Shown here: positions 1 to 11,762 of the stretch, in pieces
How the letters are laid out: each line of letters opens with the position of its first letter
Position numbering within the stretch: the first letter of the stretch is position 1
NCBI RefSeq assembly: GCF_900187275.1
Contig: NZ_LT906458.1
Coordinates: 1,080,001-1,112,000, forward strand
Origin: Pasteurella multocida
GTDB lineage: Bacteria > Pseudomonadota > Gammaproteobacteria > Enterobacterales > Pasteurellaceae
DNA length: 32,000 nt
Direction of reading: 5' to 3'
Notes under the pieces: model-generated
What the model saw: the letters and a program-made list of their open reading frames with translations, nothing else
Told to the model about the DNA's origin: nothing
The model's database searches: none
Made by a program: the position numbers and the translations under genes

Positions 1-59
1 GGTATTATCAAAAGCTCAAAGCAGCAAAATAATTTACTATCGATTTGATTTGTATCATA

Positions 60-91
60 AAAAGATCTTCTGAATGAAGATCTTTTTTTTC
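60..91 (+). terminator. Rho-independent terminator of an upstream gene outside or at the left edge of the window
   Basis: Perfect 11-bp stem AAAAGATCTTC (60-70) / GAAGATCTTTT (76-86), 5-nt loop, followed by a T run. Confidence 0.8.
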
Positions 92-136
92 TGTTGCATT
101 AAGATGAGGTCATGCATGATGAGAAGGAGAAACATA

Positions 137-1030
137 ATGATCCCAATTTCAGAGAAAATCCGAAAAACACTCTCACTAATTGAGTCCCAACAATTAGCAC
201 AAGATGTATGGCATATTTTGCAAGAACAACATTTTAAAGGCATGTTACCTTATTTTACGGTTGAACATCTTTGTACTAAACATCAGCTTACACCACAACA
301 ACTCGCACTTAAGCTCTTACCAATTGCAGCTGCTTACTCTCTCGCTCCAATTTCCCAATTTCATGTTGGGGCTATTGCGATTGGACAACGTGGTGCATAT
401 TATTTCGGTGCGAATTTAGAGTTTGCCTCGACCCATATTCAACAAACCGTCCATGCTGAACAAAGTGCGATTTCTCATGCTTGGATGAATCACGAAAGTG
501 CAATTACCGATGTGGTCGTCAACTATACGCCATGTGGCCATTGTCGCCAATTTATGAATGAATTAAAAACCGCCCCGCAGTTAAAAATTCATTTACCACA
601 CAGTCAAAATAACTTATTACATAGCTATTTACCTGATGCATTTGGTCCGGCTGATTTGGATATTCAGCACTTTTTATTAGATGCACAAGATAACCAGCTT
701 GCATATGAAACGCAAGATCCTGTCATGTTGACTGCACTTGAATGTGCCAATGCCGCACATGCACCTTATTCGAAGTCATATCACGGCATCGCTATTGAAA
801 CAAAAGATAAACAAATTTATCGCGGCAGTTATGCGGAAAATGCCGCATTTAACCCAAGTTTACCAGCATTACAGGTCGCACTAAATCACCTTTTACTCAG
901 TGGTGATACCTTACAAAACATCCAACGTATTGTCATGATCGAAAAAGCAAATCACTTATGCTATCGCCATATGGCTGAAGATTTAGTTGCCAACCTCGTT
1001 GATATCCCACTTGATTATATTGCGCTGTAA
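137..1030 (+). CDS. cdd: Cytidine deaminase
   Basis: ORF with FNVGAI-like, [11 protein letters not shown] and [13 protein letters not shown] motifs and a C-terminal [16 protein letters not shown] region, as in E. coli Cdd. ATG at 137 has an AAGGAG ribosome-binding site; the track start at 74 lies inside the upstream terminator. Confidence 0.97.
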   Translation: MIPISEKIRKTLSLIESQQLAQDVWHILQEQHFKGMLPYFTVEHLCTKHQLTPQQLALKLLPIAAAYSLAPISQFHVGAIAIGQRGAYYFGANLEFASTHIQQTVHAEQSAISHAWMNHESAITDVVVNYTPCGHCRQFMNELKTAPQLKIHLPHSQNNLLHSYLPDAFGPADLDIQHFLLDAQDNQLAYETQDPVMLTALECANAAHAPYSKSYHGIAIETKDKQIYRGSYAENAAFNPSLPALQVALNHLLLSGDTLQNIQRIVMIEKANHLCYRHMAEDLVANLVDIPLDYIAL

Positions 1031-1049
1031 ACCACACAAAAATAGAATG

Positions 1050-1088
1050 AAAAAAGCGGTCACCTCTTTAACAAGGGACCGCTTTTTT
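1050..1088. terminator. Bidirectional terminator between convergent cdd and serS
   Basis: 12-bp stem AAAAAAGCGGTC (1050-1061) / GACCGCTTTTTT (1077-1088), with T runs on both strands. Confidence 0.85.
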
Positions 1089-1101
1089 AAACGCGAAATG
1101 A

Positions 1102-2391
<1,290 letters not shown>

Positions 2392-2424
2392 TTACCTACT
2401 TTTCTTAAAATTTAAACGGAATTA

Positions 2425-2434
2425 ACCGCACTTT
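2425..2434 (-). other. Uptake signal sequence (ACCGCACTTT)
   Basis: Exact core match, intergenic upstream of serS. Confidence 0.85.
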
Positions 2435-2577
2435 TGCATAAAAATAATTCATCTATTTTAGATCGAATTAACCTAATAAACCAGTTCAAAATCAGGGATT
2501 CTCAGATTAATCTCCATCAAAAAGTAAGATTTTCCTGCCTATCCTGCGAATATCAGCACCCTCACCAGTCAGCTAAC

Positions 2578-2603
2578 AAAAAGCACCTGAAAACAGGTGC
2601 TTT
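2578..2603 (-). terminator. Rho-independent terminator of rarA
   Basis: 10-bp stem AAAGCACCTG (2580-2589) / CAGGTGCTTT (2594-2603); on the minus strand it is followed by TTTTT. Confidence 0.75.
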
Positions 2604-2646
2604 AGTTAATGTTTCGAGCAGTATTAAACTCGCCATACGGCAGTTT

Positions 2647-3984
2647 TCAATAACGTTTTTTCTTGCTTTGTTGATCCTGTTGTCTAAGCCAATCGAGCTT
2701 TTCTTTGATTTTAATTTCCATCCCACGATGAGTTGGAAAATAATATTGTGTGTCTTTCAACGCTTCTGGAAAATAATTTTCGCCCGCAGCATAAGCATGT
2801 TCTTCATCATGCGCATAACGGTATGCTTCACCATAGCCCAATGTTTTCATTAAATGGGTAGGCGCATTGCGTAAATGTGCTGGTACTTCATAATCTGGCG
2901 TTTCTTTAACGTGTTGTTTCGCTTGATTAAATGCACGATAAACTGCGTTGCTTTTCGGTGCAACCGCCAGATAAACAATTGCTTGTGCAATCGCACGCTC
3001 CCCTTCCGCCGCACCGACTCGAGTAAAGCAATCCCAAGCAGCAAGTGCCACTTGCATCGCGCGCGGATCCGCATTACCCACATCTTCAGAAGCAATCGCG
3101 AGTAAACGTCGTGCCACATAAAGCGGATCCCCCCCCGCTGCCAAAATCCGAGCATACCAATATAATGCGGCATCCGGTGCAGATCCTCGTACGGATTTAT
3201 GTAGCGCAGAAATTGCATCATAAAACCGATCACCTTGTTTATCAAAACGCGCTTGACGTTCACCTAACACGTTTTTTAATAAGCTGAGTGTCAAAGCTTT
3301 CCCTGCTTCCGTTTCCTCTGCCATATCCGCCATCAGCTCAAGACTATTTAAAGCTAAGCGTGCATCACCGTTCACATATTCAGCTAAACATTCTAATACA
3401 TTCTCTTCTAAAACAAACCGCACTTTGCCTAGCCCGCGTTCTTCATCTAACAGTGCTTGCTTTAACACCTCGGTGATTTCTTGTGTGCTCAACGATTTTA
3501 GAATATATACTTTGGCTCGCGAAAGTAAGGCATTATTTAATTCGAAGGAAGGATTTTCAGTTGTCGCTCCAATAAAGATAATGGTGCCATCTTCAATATG
3601 AGGCAGAAAGGCATCTTGTTGACTTTTATTGAAACGATGAACTTCATCAACAAACAGGATCGTACGTCGATCAGCTAAGCGATTTTCTTTTGCTCGTTCA
3701 ATCGCCTCACGAATTTCTTTAATACCACTGGTGACGGCGGAAATACGTTCAACGTCAGCATGAATCTGCCGTGCAATAATCTCTGCTAAAGTCGTTTTGC
3801 CCGTACCTGGCGGTCCCCATAAGATCATGGAATGCACATGACCCGCATCAAGTGCTTTACGTAAAGGTTTTCCCTCACCGATTAAATGCGACTGCCCACA
3901 ATATTGAGCGAATGTCGTCGGACGCATTCTGGCGGCTAAAGGTTGAAAAGCCTGTTGGGCAAAGTCAAAACTTAAATTCGACAT
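2647..3984 (-). CDS. rarA: Replication-associated recombination protein A (AAA+ ATPase, MgsA/RarA)
   Basis: [22 protein letters not shown] start, Walker [14 protein letters not shown], Walker [22 protein letters not shown]. The track start at 3987 is a GTG one codon upstream of the ATG. Confidence 0.96.
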   Translation of the reverse strand: MSNLSFDFAQQAFQPLAARMRPTTFAQYCGQSHLIGEGKPLRKALDAGHVHSMILWGPPGTGKTTLAEIIARQIHADVERISAVTSGIKEIREAIERAKENRLADRRTILFVDEVHRFNKSQQDAFLPHIEDGTIIFIGATTENPSFELNNALLSRAKVYILKSLSTQEITEVLKQALLDEERGLGKVRFVLEENVLECLAEYVNGDARLALNSLELMADMAEETEAGKALTLSLLKNVLGERQARFDKQGDRFYDAISALHKSVRGSAPDAALYWYARILAAGGDPLYVARRLLAIASEDVGNADPRAMQVALAAWDCFTRVGAAEGERAIAQAIVYLAVAPKSNAVYRAFNQAKQHVKETPDYEVPAHLRNAPTHLMKTLGYGEAYRYAHDEEHAYAAGENYFPEALKDTQYYFPTHRGMEIKIKEKLDWLRQQDQQSKKKRY

Positions 3985-3995
3985 CACTGTTCTAA

Positions 3996-4613
3996 CTATT
4001 TTTGGCGTTGGTCATCGAGTTCTACCCCTTTAGGCACACTAAACTTGAATACACCGTCGGCTAAAGGTTGGTTGGTAATATTACGTAAAATATACAAATT
4101 CGTTTGACCATCTTTTTCAATAGTACTGAAGTTACGCAATACCCCTTCACTATCAATACGAATATCAAACTGCTTAATATTACTCTGCTTTGCTTTTGGT
4201 TTGAGAGTAAATGTATCTGCCTTTTGTTCCACATTGTATTGTACCCAGTGGCTGCTATCGTCACTCGTCAACAAAACAAAAGGTGTGTTATTCACGGCAT
4301 CTTTGACCCAATTTGCTGTCACTTGCTCAACAAAGGGATCATAAAACCACAAGGTTTTCCCATCTGAAATAATCTGGTTTTCTTGCGGTGTTTTATTATC
4401 CATTCGGAATAAATTTGGACGCTTGATTTTTAATGTCCCACTGCCTTGTTGAACATTTTTTCCGTCTGACGAACTGACTGTTTGAGCGTAATCAGCACTC
4501 AACACATTCACCTTGCTCAAACGTTGCTGTAATTCGCTTGCTGCATCAGCCCAAGCTGCACTGCTCAAAAAGAGGGTCAAAAGTGCGGTGGTTTTTAATA
4601 ACATGTTATTCAT
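3996..4613 (-). CDS. lolA: Outer-membrane lipoprotein carrier protein LolA
   Basis: Signal peptide [21 protein letters not shown] followed by LolA-like [16 protein letters not shown] and [23 protein letters not shown]. Start at 4613 or 4604 removes the overlap with ftsK produced by the track start at 4685. Confidence 0.96.
   Translation of the reverse strand: MNNMLLKTTALLTLFLSSAAWADAASELQQRLSKVNVLSADYAQTVSSSDGKNVQQGSGTLKIKRPNLFRMDNKTPQENQIISDGKTLWFYDPFVEQVTANWVKDAVNNTPFVLLTSDDSSHWVQYNVEQKADTFTLKPKAKQSNIKQFDIRIDSEGVLRNFSTIEKDGQTNLYILRNITNQPLADGVFKFSVPKGVELDDQRQK
4580..4589 (+). other. Uptake signal sequence inside the lolA signal peptide region
   Basis: Exact AAAGTGCGGT. Confidence 0.85.
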
Positions 4614-4623
4614 CTCTACTTTC

Positions 4624-7416
4624 CTAAAAGTCCGAAGAACGTCTAGCAAGCACTTCACGTTTGCCATTTTGCATCGCAGAAACAATGCCCTGTTCTTCTA
4701 GTTGATCCATAATTCGGGCCGCCCGGTTAAAGCCTACTCTAAATTTGCGTTGAATATATGAAGTCGACGTCGTTCCTGTACTGGTTACAAACTCCACCAC
4801 TTCATCAAATAAATCGTCTAGCTCACCGGCATCAGAATTAGCGCCATTACTCTCCGTAGCCTCATCCTCCCCGCTGTCTAAAATGCCTTCAATATAATTC
4901 GGTTTACCACGTGCTTTCCAGTCATCTACTACCCGTGCCACTTCATCATCACTCATAAAAGCACCATGCACCCGTACTAAATCAGAAGAGCCCGCACCAG
5001 AATATAACATATCCCCTCGTCCTAATAAGGCTTCAGCCCCCACTTGATCGAGAATGGTGCGTGAATCAATTTTACTGGCGACGGTAAAAGCAATGCGGCT
5101 TGGGATATTGGCTTTAATCAAACCAGTAATCACATCAACCGATGGACGTTGTGTTGCCAAAATCAAGTGAATACCTATCGCTCGGGCTTTTTGTGCTAAA
5201 CGGGCGATCAACTCCTCGACTTGTTTGCCCGCCACCATCATTAAATCTGCAAACTCATCTACAATGACAACAATATAACTGAGTTTTTCCAACGCCGGTG
5301 GTAACGTATCCATGGTATCGCCAGGTCGCCAAATTGGATTCGGAATCGGCATATTCATCGCCTCATATTCCTCAATTTTTTCATTGTAGCCTTCAATATT
5401 ACGAACTCTTAATGCCGACAGTAATTGGTAACGACGCTCCATTTCATCAACACACCAACGCAATGCATTCGCGGCTTTTTTCATGTCTGTCACCACTTCC
5501 GTCAGCAAGTGAGGAATACCATCATAAATCGAGAGTTCTACTACTTTAGGATCAATCATAATAAATTTTACTTCTTCGGGTTTCACCCGGAAAAGTAAAC
5601 TTAAAATCATGGTATTTACTCCAACAGATTTCCCTGAACCGGTGGAGCCTGCAACCAATAAATGTGGCATTTTGGCTAAATCCACCACTACTGGTTTACC
5701 GCTGATATCCTTACCTAATGCCATAGAAAGCAAAGAGTTAGACTGACGGAACACATCACTGTCTAGCACTTCACGTAATGTCACCATTTGTCGATTAACA
5801 TTAGGAGTTTCAATACCGATATAAGGTTTTCCCGGAATCACCTCCGCCACACGAATCGAACGGAACATTAAGGCGCGCGCTAAATCCGTATCAATACTGC
5901 TCACTTTCGATGCTTTGACACCCGGTTGTAATTCAAGTTCATAACGTGTCACCACAGGTCCCACTAACACATCTTTCACTGTTGCCTTCACCCCAAAGTT
6001 ACGTAATTGATGTTCAATTCGTTGTGAGGTTTCAATAATTTCTTCTTGTGTAATGCGATGCGCTTGGCTCGGGCGATGTTCTAACAAATCCAAACTGGGC
6101 ATGGGGGTAGTCGGTTTTACCTGCGTCGTCACCTTTTGTTGTAACGCTGGATGAATTAATGACTCACCATAAGGTTTATAATGCGGTGTCGTACTGTCAC
6201 TGACATCCGCCGTGCTATTTTGCCTAATTTCAGGTGCCGCCAAGATTGTCTGCAATGCGTCTTCCGCATTGAGGGCTTTTGCACGTAAAGCCATTTCCTC
6301 ACGGCGCTGTTGCTCTTGCGCGGCAAATTGACGAGCAAGATCACTTTCGTCTTCCCGTGCTATCTCGCTATTGTCTGATAAACTTGTATCTAACGGAGAT
6401 AGCGAAACTTTAGGCATCGCAAACTCAGTCGCAACGAGTGGCTCTCCTGCGGTGTGAGGAATTAGTGTAGTGAACGGCTTGCTATCCTCATGTTCTGCCT
6501 CAGAGGAAGATAGCGCAGTGTCTTCAACAAAAGCCACACTGACACTTGGCAAGGCGAGTTCTGGTTCGACAGCATAACCGCCGAGTTCTACCTGATTAAC
6601 ATCGTCTAGAGGTACTGCTGGGATCGTGCTTTCTTTCGCTTGAGAAGCAGATTCGAGCCCCTGAATTTGAATCAAGTTTTCAATATTGATTAATGACTTT
6701 TCTTCATCCATTGTGGCTGATGGCGCTTCGCTAACAAAAACACGTTCACTTTCATTTATGCTTTGTATTGACGGTTCTTCTTGCAATGCCAGCTCTTGTT
6801 GTACTGGTGTGGCGGAAATCGTTTCTTCCTCTTGCGTTTGTGTAGGATTTTTCATGGTCAACCAATCATAAAAATAAATACACGAACGAATAAGAGAAGT
6901 ACCTGAACAAAGGACAAAACCAAGTAGTGCTAACAAAGTGCCAGAAAGCATTAACCCCACAAAATCTAACATAGGGAAAAAGGCTGTCACTAAACTTCCT
7001 CCCAACACACCACCAGATAAATAGTAAGGCGTATTAGAAAACAGTAAGGTAAATAAAACACACACGCCACATAAAAAAATACTGAAGCCCAAAAGCCAAA
7101 GACTTAAGCGAAAAAAGCTGAATGGCACTTTGCCTTTACGACGCCAGAAGTAAAAAGAAATACCAAAAATAAGAAAGGGAATAATATGCCCAACGTGCCC
7201 AAATAACACAAAAAATAAATCAATAAACCAAGCACCGAATCTCCCTGCTTTATTAATCGTAGTAGGAATATAGCTTGAAGACGCCCACGAATTATCTAAT
7301 GGCGAATAACTTGACCAAGCAACGATCAAATACACGCCAAACAGCATGCCCACAAGAAAGAAAAATGCCAATAGATACTGCTTAGGGGTAAATTTTTCAG
7401 AAATTCGTTTAATCAT
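4624..7416 (-). CDS. ftsK: DNA translocase FtsK
   Basis: N-terminal transmembrane helices, low-complexity linker, motor domain with [33 protein letters not shown] and [22 protein letters not shown], and a C-terminal gamma winged helix. Confidence 0.98.
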   Translation of the reverse strand: MIKRISEKFTPKQYLLAFFFLVGMLFGVYLIVAWSSYSPLDNSWASSSYIPTTINKAGRFGAWFIDLFFVLFGHVGHIIPFLIFGISFYFWRRKGKVPFSFFRLSLWLLGFSIFLCGVCVLFTLLFSNTPYYLSGGVLGGSLVTAFFPMLDFVGLMLSGTLLALLGFVLCSGTSLIRSCIYFYDWLTMKNPTQTQEEETISATPVQQELALQEEPSIQSINESERVFVSEAPSATMDEEKSLINIENLIQIQGLESASQAKESTIPAVPLDDVNQVELGGYAVEPELALPSVSVAFVEDTALSSSEAEHEDSKPFTTLIPHTAGEPLVATEFAMPKVSLSPLDTSLSDNSEIAREDESDLARQFAAQEQQRREEMALRAKALNAEDALQTILAAPEIRQNSTADVSDSTTPHYKPYGESLIHPALQQKVTTQVKPTTPMPSLDLLEHRPSQAHRITQEEIIETSQRIEHQLRNFGVKATVKDVLVGPVVTRYELELQPGVKASKVSSIDTDLARALMFRSIRVAEVIPGKPYIGIETPNVNRQMVTLREVLDSDVFRQSNSLLSMALGKDISGKPVVVDLAKMPHLLVAGSTGSGKSVGVNTMILSLLFRVKPEEVKFIMIDPKVVELSIYDGIPHLLTEVVTDMKKAANALRWCVDEMERRYQLLSALRVRNIEGYNEKIEEYEAMNMPIPNPIWRPGDTMDTLPPALEKLSYIVVIVDEFADLMMVAGKQVEELIARLAQKARAIGIHLILATQRPSVDVITGLIKANIPSRIAFTVASKIDSRTILDQVGAEALLGRGDMLYSGAGSSDLVRVHGAFMSDDEVARVVDDWKARGKPNYIEGILDSGEDEATESNGANSDAGELDDLFDEVVEFVTSTGTTSTSYIQRKFRVGFNRAARIMDQLEEQGIVSAMQNGKREVLARRSSDF

Positions 7417-7420
7417 TGTA

Positions 7421-7900
7421 TTACTTCAGTTGGAGAAAATTGGTTTGTTTGACTTCTTCCATCACGACATAAGTACGTGTGTCATTTACACCGGGTAAAC
7501 GTAGTAAGGTTGTGCCGAGCAATTTACGATATGCCGCCATATCCGCAACGCGCGTTTTTAATAAGTAGTCAAAATCACCGGAGACAAGATGACATTCTTG
7601 AATTTCATCTAATTGTTGTACTGCGGCATTAAATTCTTCAAACACATCCGGTTTACCGCGAATTAATGTAATTTCCACAATCACCAATAAAGGGGAATCT
7701 AATAATTCAGGATTCAATAAAGCACGATATCCCATAATCACACCTTGTTTTTCAAGGCGCTTTACTCGTTCTAAACAAGGTGTGGGAGAAAGCCCGACTT
7801 TTTTTGATAAATCGATATTGGAAATTTTTCCATTGCGTTGTAACTCATTGAGAATTTTGATATCAATACTATCTAGGGCTTTCATTAGTTTCTTTTCCAT
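7421..7900 (-). CDS. lrp: Leucine-responsive regulatory protein
   Basis: 159-aa ORF with [35 protein letters not shown] and [45 protein letters not shown], near-identical in character to E. coli Lrp; directly upstream of ftsK as in E. coli. Confidence 0.97.
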   Translation of the reverse strand: MEKKLMKALDSIDIKILNELQRNGKISNIDLSKKVGLSPTPCLERVKRLEKQGVIMGYRALLNPELLDSPLLVIVEITLIRGKPDVFEEFNAAVQQLDEIQECHLVSGDFDYLLKTRVADMAAYRKLLGTTLLRLPGVNDTRTYVVMEEVKQTNFLQLK

Positions 7901-8054
7901 AACTCCTCTGCGGTTAAAAAGGCAATATGTTAGTGAGATTAACTAATTTTACACCATTTTTCAAAATTTAATTTTTTTTCTTTGTCTTAAATCATACTTA
8001 CTCTCTTTTTTTCTCGTTTTTCATTTTCTCAAGACTTACACTAGAAAAAAAAGC

Positions 8055-8408
8055 ATGTCACTGAGGAAAACGTTGAAAAATCCCTTTATCGCCAATTGGA
8101 CATCGAAAGGTAATACCCTGTGTTTAGGACATTGGGAAATCCAGTATTTAAACACTACTCTAATCTTGCCGCCTGAACGTCGAGAAAAAGATATGGGAAC
8201 ACAGGAGATCTATTATTTTATTGATCCTGAAAACAGATTATATTTAGAAGGGCTAGATGAAGATGACTGGATTCTTGCGAATATAGACTGGTTAAGCGAC
8301 GTTTTTATTCAAGCGAATATTCCTTTAGAAGAACCTTACTTACGTCAATTTTACCAAGCCGTCAATCAAGAAGATTGGCGATGTGGTAGCTGCGGTGGCT
8401 GTTTATAA
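8055..8408 (+). CDS. Small uncharacterised protein with a C-terminal Cys/Gly tail (CGSCGGCL)
   Basis: 117-aa ORF, divergent from lrp, not overlapping another gene, protein-like composition (DPENRLYLEGLDEDDWILANIDWLSDVF). I do not recognise a family. Confidence 0.7.
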   Translation: MSLRKTLKNPFIANWTSKGNTLCLGHWEIQYLNTTLILPPERREKDMGTQEIYYFIDPENRLYLEGLDEDDWILANIDWLSDVFIQANIPLEEPYLRQFYQAVNQEDWRCGSCGGCL

Positions 8409-8429
8409 ATATAACAGCCACCACATCAC

Positions 8430-9809
8430 TTAGAAATTCTCTAAAATTGCCAAGGCATCCGACAATTTCTTAACGGTGAAAACATCCATATTCGGCACCG
8501 CACTTTTCGGTCTATTTGCGAAAGGTACAATTGCGCGCTTAAAGCCATGTTTCGCTGCCTCACCAATACGCTCTTGCCCACTTGGCACTGGGCGAATTTC
8601 TCCCGCTAACCCCACTTCACCAAAAACCACTAAATCTTGTGGCAATGGGCGGTTACGGAAACTGGAAATTAATGCCAATAACAATGCTAAATCTGCACTG
8701 GTTTCCGTGACCTTAACACCGCCCACTACGTTAACAAACACATCTTGATCCGACATTTGTAAGCCACCATGACGATGTAATACCGCTAATAACAAGGCTA
8801 AACGGTTTTGTTCTAACCCTACAGCAACACGACGCGGATTTGCTAACATAGAATGGTCAACTAACGCCTGAATTTCAACTAATAAAGGGCGTGTTCCTTC
8901 CCAAATCACCATCACTGAACTCCCTGGCGTTTGCTCTTCACCCCGGCTCAAAAAAATGGCTGATGGATTTTTCACTTCACGCAACCCTTGTTCTGTCATG
9001 CCAAACACACCGAGTTCATTCACAGCACCAAAACGATTTTTATGGCTACGTAGAGTACGATAACGAGAATCCGCCTCTCCTTCGAGCAAAATTGAACAGT
9101 CGATACAATGCTCAAGGACTTTAGGACCCGCTAAGGTTCCGTCTTTCGTCACATGTCCCACCATAATAATCGCTACTTGGCGGGTTTTCGCATAACGCGT
9201 TAAAAAAGAGGCACATTCACGTACTTGTGCCACACTCCCTGGCGAAGACTGAATATCCGCTAAATGCATTACTTGAATGGAGTCAATCACGATGATTTGC
9301 GGTTTTAATTGATCCGCTAGCTGACAAATTTGTTCAACTGACGTTTCAGACAGCATGTTTAATTTATCTGTAGGTAAGCCTAATCGTTTTGCACGCATGG
9401 CCACCTGTTGCAAAGATTCCTCCCCTGTCACATAAAGCGCGGTCATATTTTGAGCTAAACCACACATCACTTGTAACAATAAGGTACTTTTGCCTGCGCC
9501 CGGATGACCACCAATTAAAATTGCACTGCCCGGTACTACACCGCCCCCTAAAACGCGATCCAACTCGTGAAAACCACTGGAAAAACGCGGTGTTTCCTGT
9601 AATGAAATCTCAGCAAGGGTTTGGATCTTCGCGCACGTTTCACCAGCATAGCCACTAAAACGATCGCCTTTTGCGCTATTGCTAGATGACACTAAACGCA
9701 CTTCACTAATCGTATTCCAAGCTTTACATGCCGCACATTGTCCCTGCCAACGAGAAAACTCTGCGCCACAATCATTACACACATATGCTGTTTTAGGTGC
9801 CTTAGCCAT
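8430..9809 (-). CDS. radA: DNA repair protein RadA
   Basis: N-terminal zinc finger CNDCGAEFSRWQGQCAACKAWNT, Walker A GGHPGAGKSTLL, RadA motif KNRFGAV, C-terminal Lon-like domain. Confidence 0.98.
   Translation of the reverse strand: MAKAPKTAYVCNDCGAEFSRWQGQCAACKAWNTISEVRLVSSSNSAKGDRFSGYAGETCAKIQTLAEISLQETPRFSSGFHELDRVLGGGVVPGSAILIGGHPGAGKSTLLLQVMCGLAQNMTALYVTGEESLQQVAMRAKRLGLPTDKLNMLSETSVEQICQLADQLKPQIIVIDSIQVMHLADIQSSPGSVAQVRECASFLTRYAKTRQVAIIMVGHVTKDGTLAGPKVLEHCIDCSILLEGEADSRYRTLRSHKNRFGAVNELGVFGMTEQGLREVKNPSAIFLSRGEEQTPGSSVMVIWEGTRPLLVEIQALVDHSMLANPRRVAVGLEQNRLALLLAVLHRHGGLQMSDQDVFVNVVGGVKVTETSADLALLLALISSFRNRPLPQDLVVFGEVGLAGEIRPVPSGQERIGEAAKHGFKRAIVPFANRPKSAVPNMDVFTVKKLSDALAILENF
8497..8506 (-). 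other. Uptake signal sequence inside radA
   Basis: Exact ACCGCACTTT. Confidence 0.85.
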
Positions 9810-9812
9810 AAA

Positions 9813-10880
9813 TTAATTACTCAACGTTAAAAAAGTTAAATGGATCATACGTTTCACATAATGACCTGTTTGCAACAAGCCCAGTAATTTGTCTAACACA
9901 AGGCGATTATCCTGACTTTCACTATGCAAACGAATCAATTCACGTACTTGTTGTAATAAACTGTGATGACTGTCTAACAAGTCCAGTAAATATGTTTGTT
10001 CACACGCATTCTCCTCGCCGACCTGTTGATTTAACGCGCTGTCTAACAACGTTGCCTGTTCAACATAATAGTGATAGAGATTAAAGAACGCGCCAATCCG
10101 CTCTACTGTACGCAAGAAATCTGCAGCAAAATAGTCTGCTCCAATTGCAAAGGTTTCTTCAATTAAGTCTTGTTCTAAGCGAAATAATGCTCTCAATTTA
10201 GCCAAGGCACTTGTCGTGTTTTGTGTAAATTGTAGAAACTCGCGCCACTTCTCTAACCAGTTCGTTACTGTCATGGAAGTCAGATTTGCTAAAAGATAAC
10301 CTCTTTTTGCTTTTGACGCTGAACTTAAACGGAGCTCGTTTTCTAATGTAAGCGTTTGGACAAAACGAAGTAAATCAATAGGAAGACCCGACTTTAATTC
10401 AAATTCAACTTCACAAATCGGTGTCTGTTTTTCTCCCGCGACAATTTTACCTTGATCAAACGCCACTTCAATATGAGTTCCGTTACCACATTCGATTAAC
10501 CAACTCTCACGTTCAAAGTCTGTACTAAATACAGGCTTTAATTCCCATTGTGCATAATTCGGCAATGTTAAAGCATATTTTTCAACTAATAACGATATGT
10601 TTGGCTGCGCATCAGGCAAAGTCACATTATATTCAGGGCGGATATGCAAACCGCCGTGAACCTCACCATCCGTTTTTAATGTGAGCGTGTATTGTTGATT
10701 TTCTTGCCGTACACGTAGCCCCATTTTGTGTTTTGCTAAGACACGATCCGCGGTATCGTAATAAGTATTTGCCAAAAAGATTGTGTTATGCGCAAGAATA
10801 CGAAAATTCGTTAATTCTTGATGTAATAAATCAGCAAACTTGGGCGTCACAGCTAATTTTAACTCGACTTCATTCCCCAT
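9813..10880 (-). CDS. CYTH domain-containing protein (YgiF-like inorganic triphosphatase)
   Basis: N-terminal ExExK motif (EVELKL), DTADRVLAKHKMGLRVR, GGLHIRPEYNV and CEVEFELKSG, matching E. coli YgiF; ends 3 nt before radA. Confidence 0.85.
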   Translation of the reverse strand: MGNEVELKLAVTPKFADLLHQELTNFRILAHNTIFLANTYYDTADRVLAKHKMGLRVRQENQQYTLTLKTDGEVHGGLHIRPEYNVTLPDAQPNISLLVEKYALTLPNYAQWELKPVFSTDFERESWLIECGNGTHIEVAFDQGKIVAGEKQTPICEVEFELKSGLPIDLLRFVQTLTLENELRLSSASKAKRGYLLANLTSMTVTNWLEKWREFLQFTQNTTSALAKLRALFRLEQDLIEETFAIGADYFAADFLRTVERIGAFFNLYHYYVEQATLLDSALNQQVGEENACEQTYLLDLLDSHHSLLQQVRELIRLHSESQDNRLVLDKLLGLLQTGHYVKRMIHLTFLTLSN

Positions 10881-11055
10881 AATAAAATTCCTTTTATTTC
10901 AATAAATTATATAAAACGGAAAAAACAGTAATGTGATTTTACGCGGGCATTATCCAATAAATACTGAACTTTTTCGATTAAAATCGTGAATTTTTAGCTA
11001 ACATCATGTAATATTCGCCTGAAAAATTAGATCAATCTCTATTGGGAGTCACCTT

Positions 11056-11736
11056 ATGGCACTGAATAATATCCTTGGATTATTTGCACATTCGCCGTTA
11101 AAACCCTTACAAAAACATTCAGAGAAAGTGACTGAGTGTTGTAATTTACTTATTCCGTTCTTTGAACATACCTTCCACGGTGAGTGGGATAAAGCGGAAG
11201 AACTCCGCGCGAAAATCTCAGAATGCGAGCGTCAAGCTGATACGTTAAAACGTGAAATCCGTTTGAAACTGCCACGAGGTTTATTTATGCCAATTGATCG
11301 TACAGATTTATTGGAATTAGTCACACAACAAGACAAATTAGCTAATTTTGCAAAAGATATTTCAGGTCGTATGATTGGTCGTCATTTTGCCATTCCTGAA
11401 AGTATGCAACCGGAATTTGAAAAATATGTCAAACGCAGCTTAGATGCCATTATCCAAGCCCATCGCGTAATTGATGAAATGGAGCAACTACTCGAAACCG
11501 GTTTTAAAGGGCGCGAATTAGATCTTGTCAATCGCATGATCAATGAATTAGATGCGATTGAAGATGATACGGATCAAATGCAAATCAAGTTAAGAAAAAT
11601 GTTACTTGGTTTAGAGTCTCGTTATAATCCAATTGATGTCATGTTCTTGTATAAAACGCTGGAATGGGTTGGGGTCTTAGCGGATCAAGCTCAACGCGTA
11701 GGATCACGAATTGAGTTAATGTTAGCTCGTTCATAA
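11056..11736 (+). CDS. DUF47 / TIGR00153 family protein, putative phosphate transport regulator
   Basis: 226-aa ORF with KLPRGLFMPIDRTDLLELVTQQDKLANFAKDISG, 26 nt upstream of the PiT transporter gene. Confidence 0.9.
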   Translation: MALNNILGLFAHSPLKPLQKHSEKVTECCNLLIPFFEHTFHGEWDKAEELRAKISECERQADTLKREIRLKLPRGLFMPIDRTDLLELVTQQDKLANFAKDISGRMIGRHFAIPESMQPEFEKYVKRSLDAIIQAHRVIDEMEQLLETGFKGRELDLVNRMINELDAIEDDTDQMQIKLRKMLLGLESRYNPIDVMFLYKTLEWVGVLADQAQRVGSRIELMLARS

Positions 11737-11762
11737 CCCATCGGTTTTAAGGAAGAACAAAA

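Noticed and set aside
55-243. 62-aa ORF and the upstream extension of cdd starting at 74
   Set aside because: Both lie in or across the terminator at 60-91 and the cdd start; the real cdd start is ATG 137 with a good ribosome-binding site.
2434-2853. 139-aa plus-strand ORF between serS and rarA
   Set aside because: It overlaps the 3' end of rarA on the opposite strand and the rarA terminator, has no recognisable domain and has no plausible ribosome-binding site; most likely spurious.
4624-7416. Possible frameshift or truncation in ftsK because it is shorter (930 aa) than the E. coli protein
   Set aside because: The N-terminal membrane domain, motor and gamma domains are all in one frame; only the low-complexity linker is shorter, which is normal variation.
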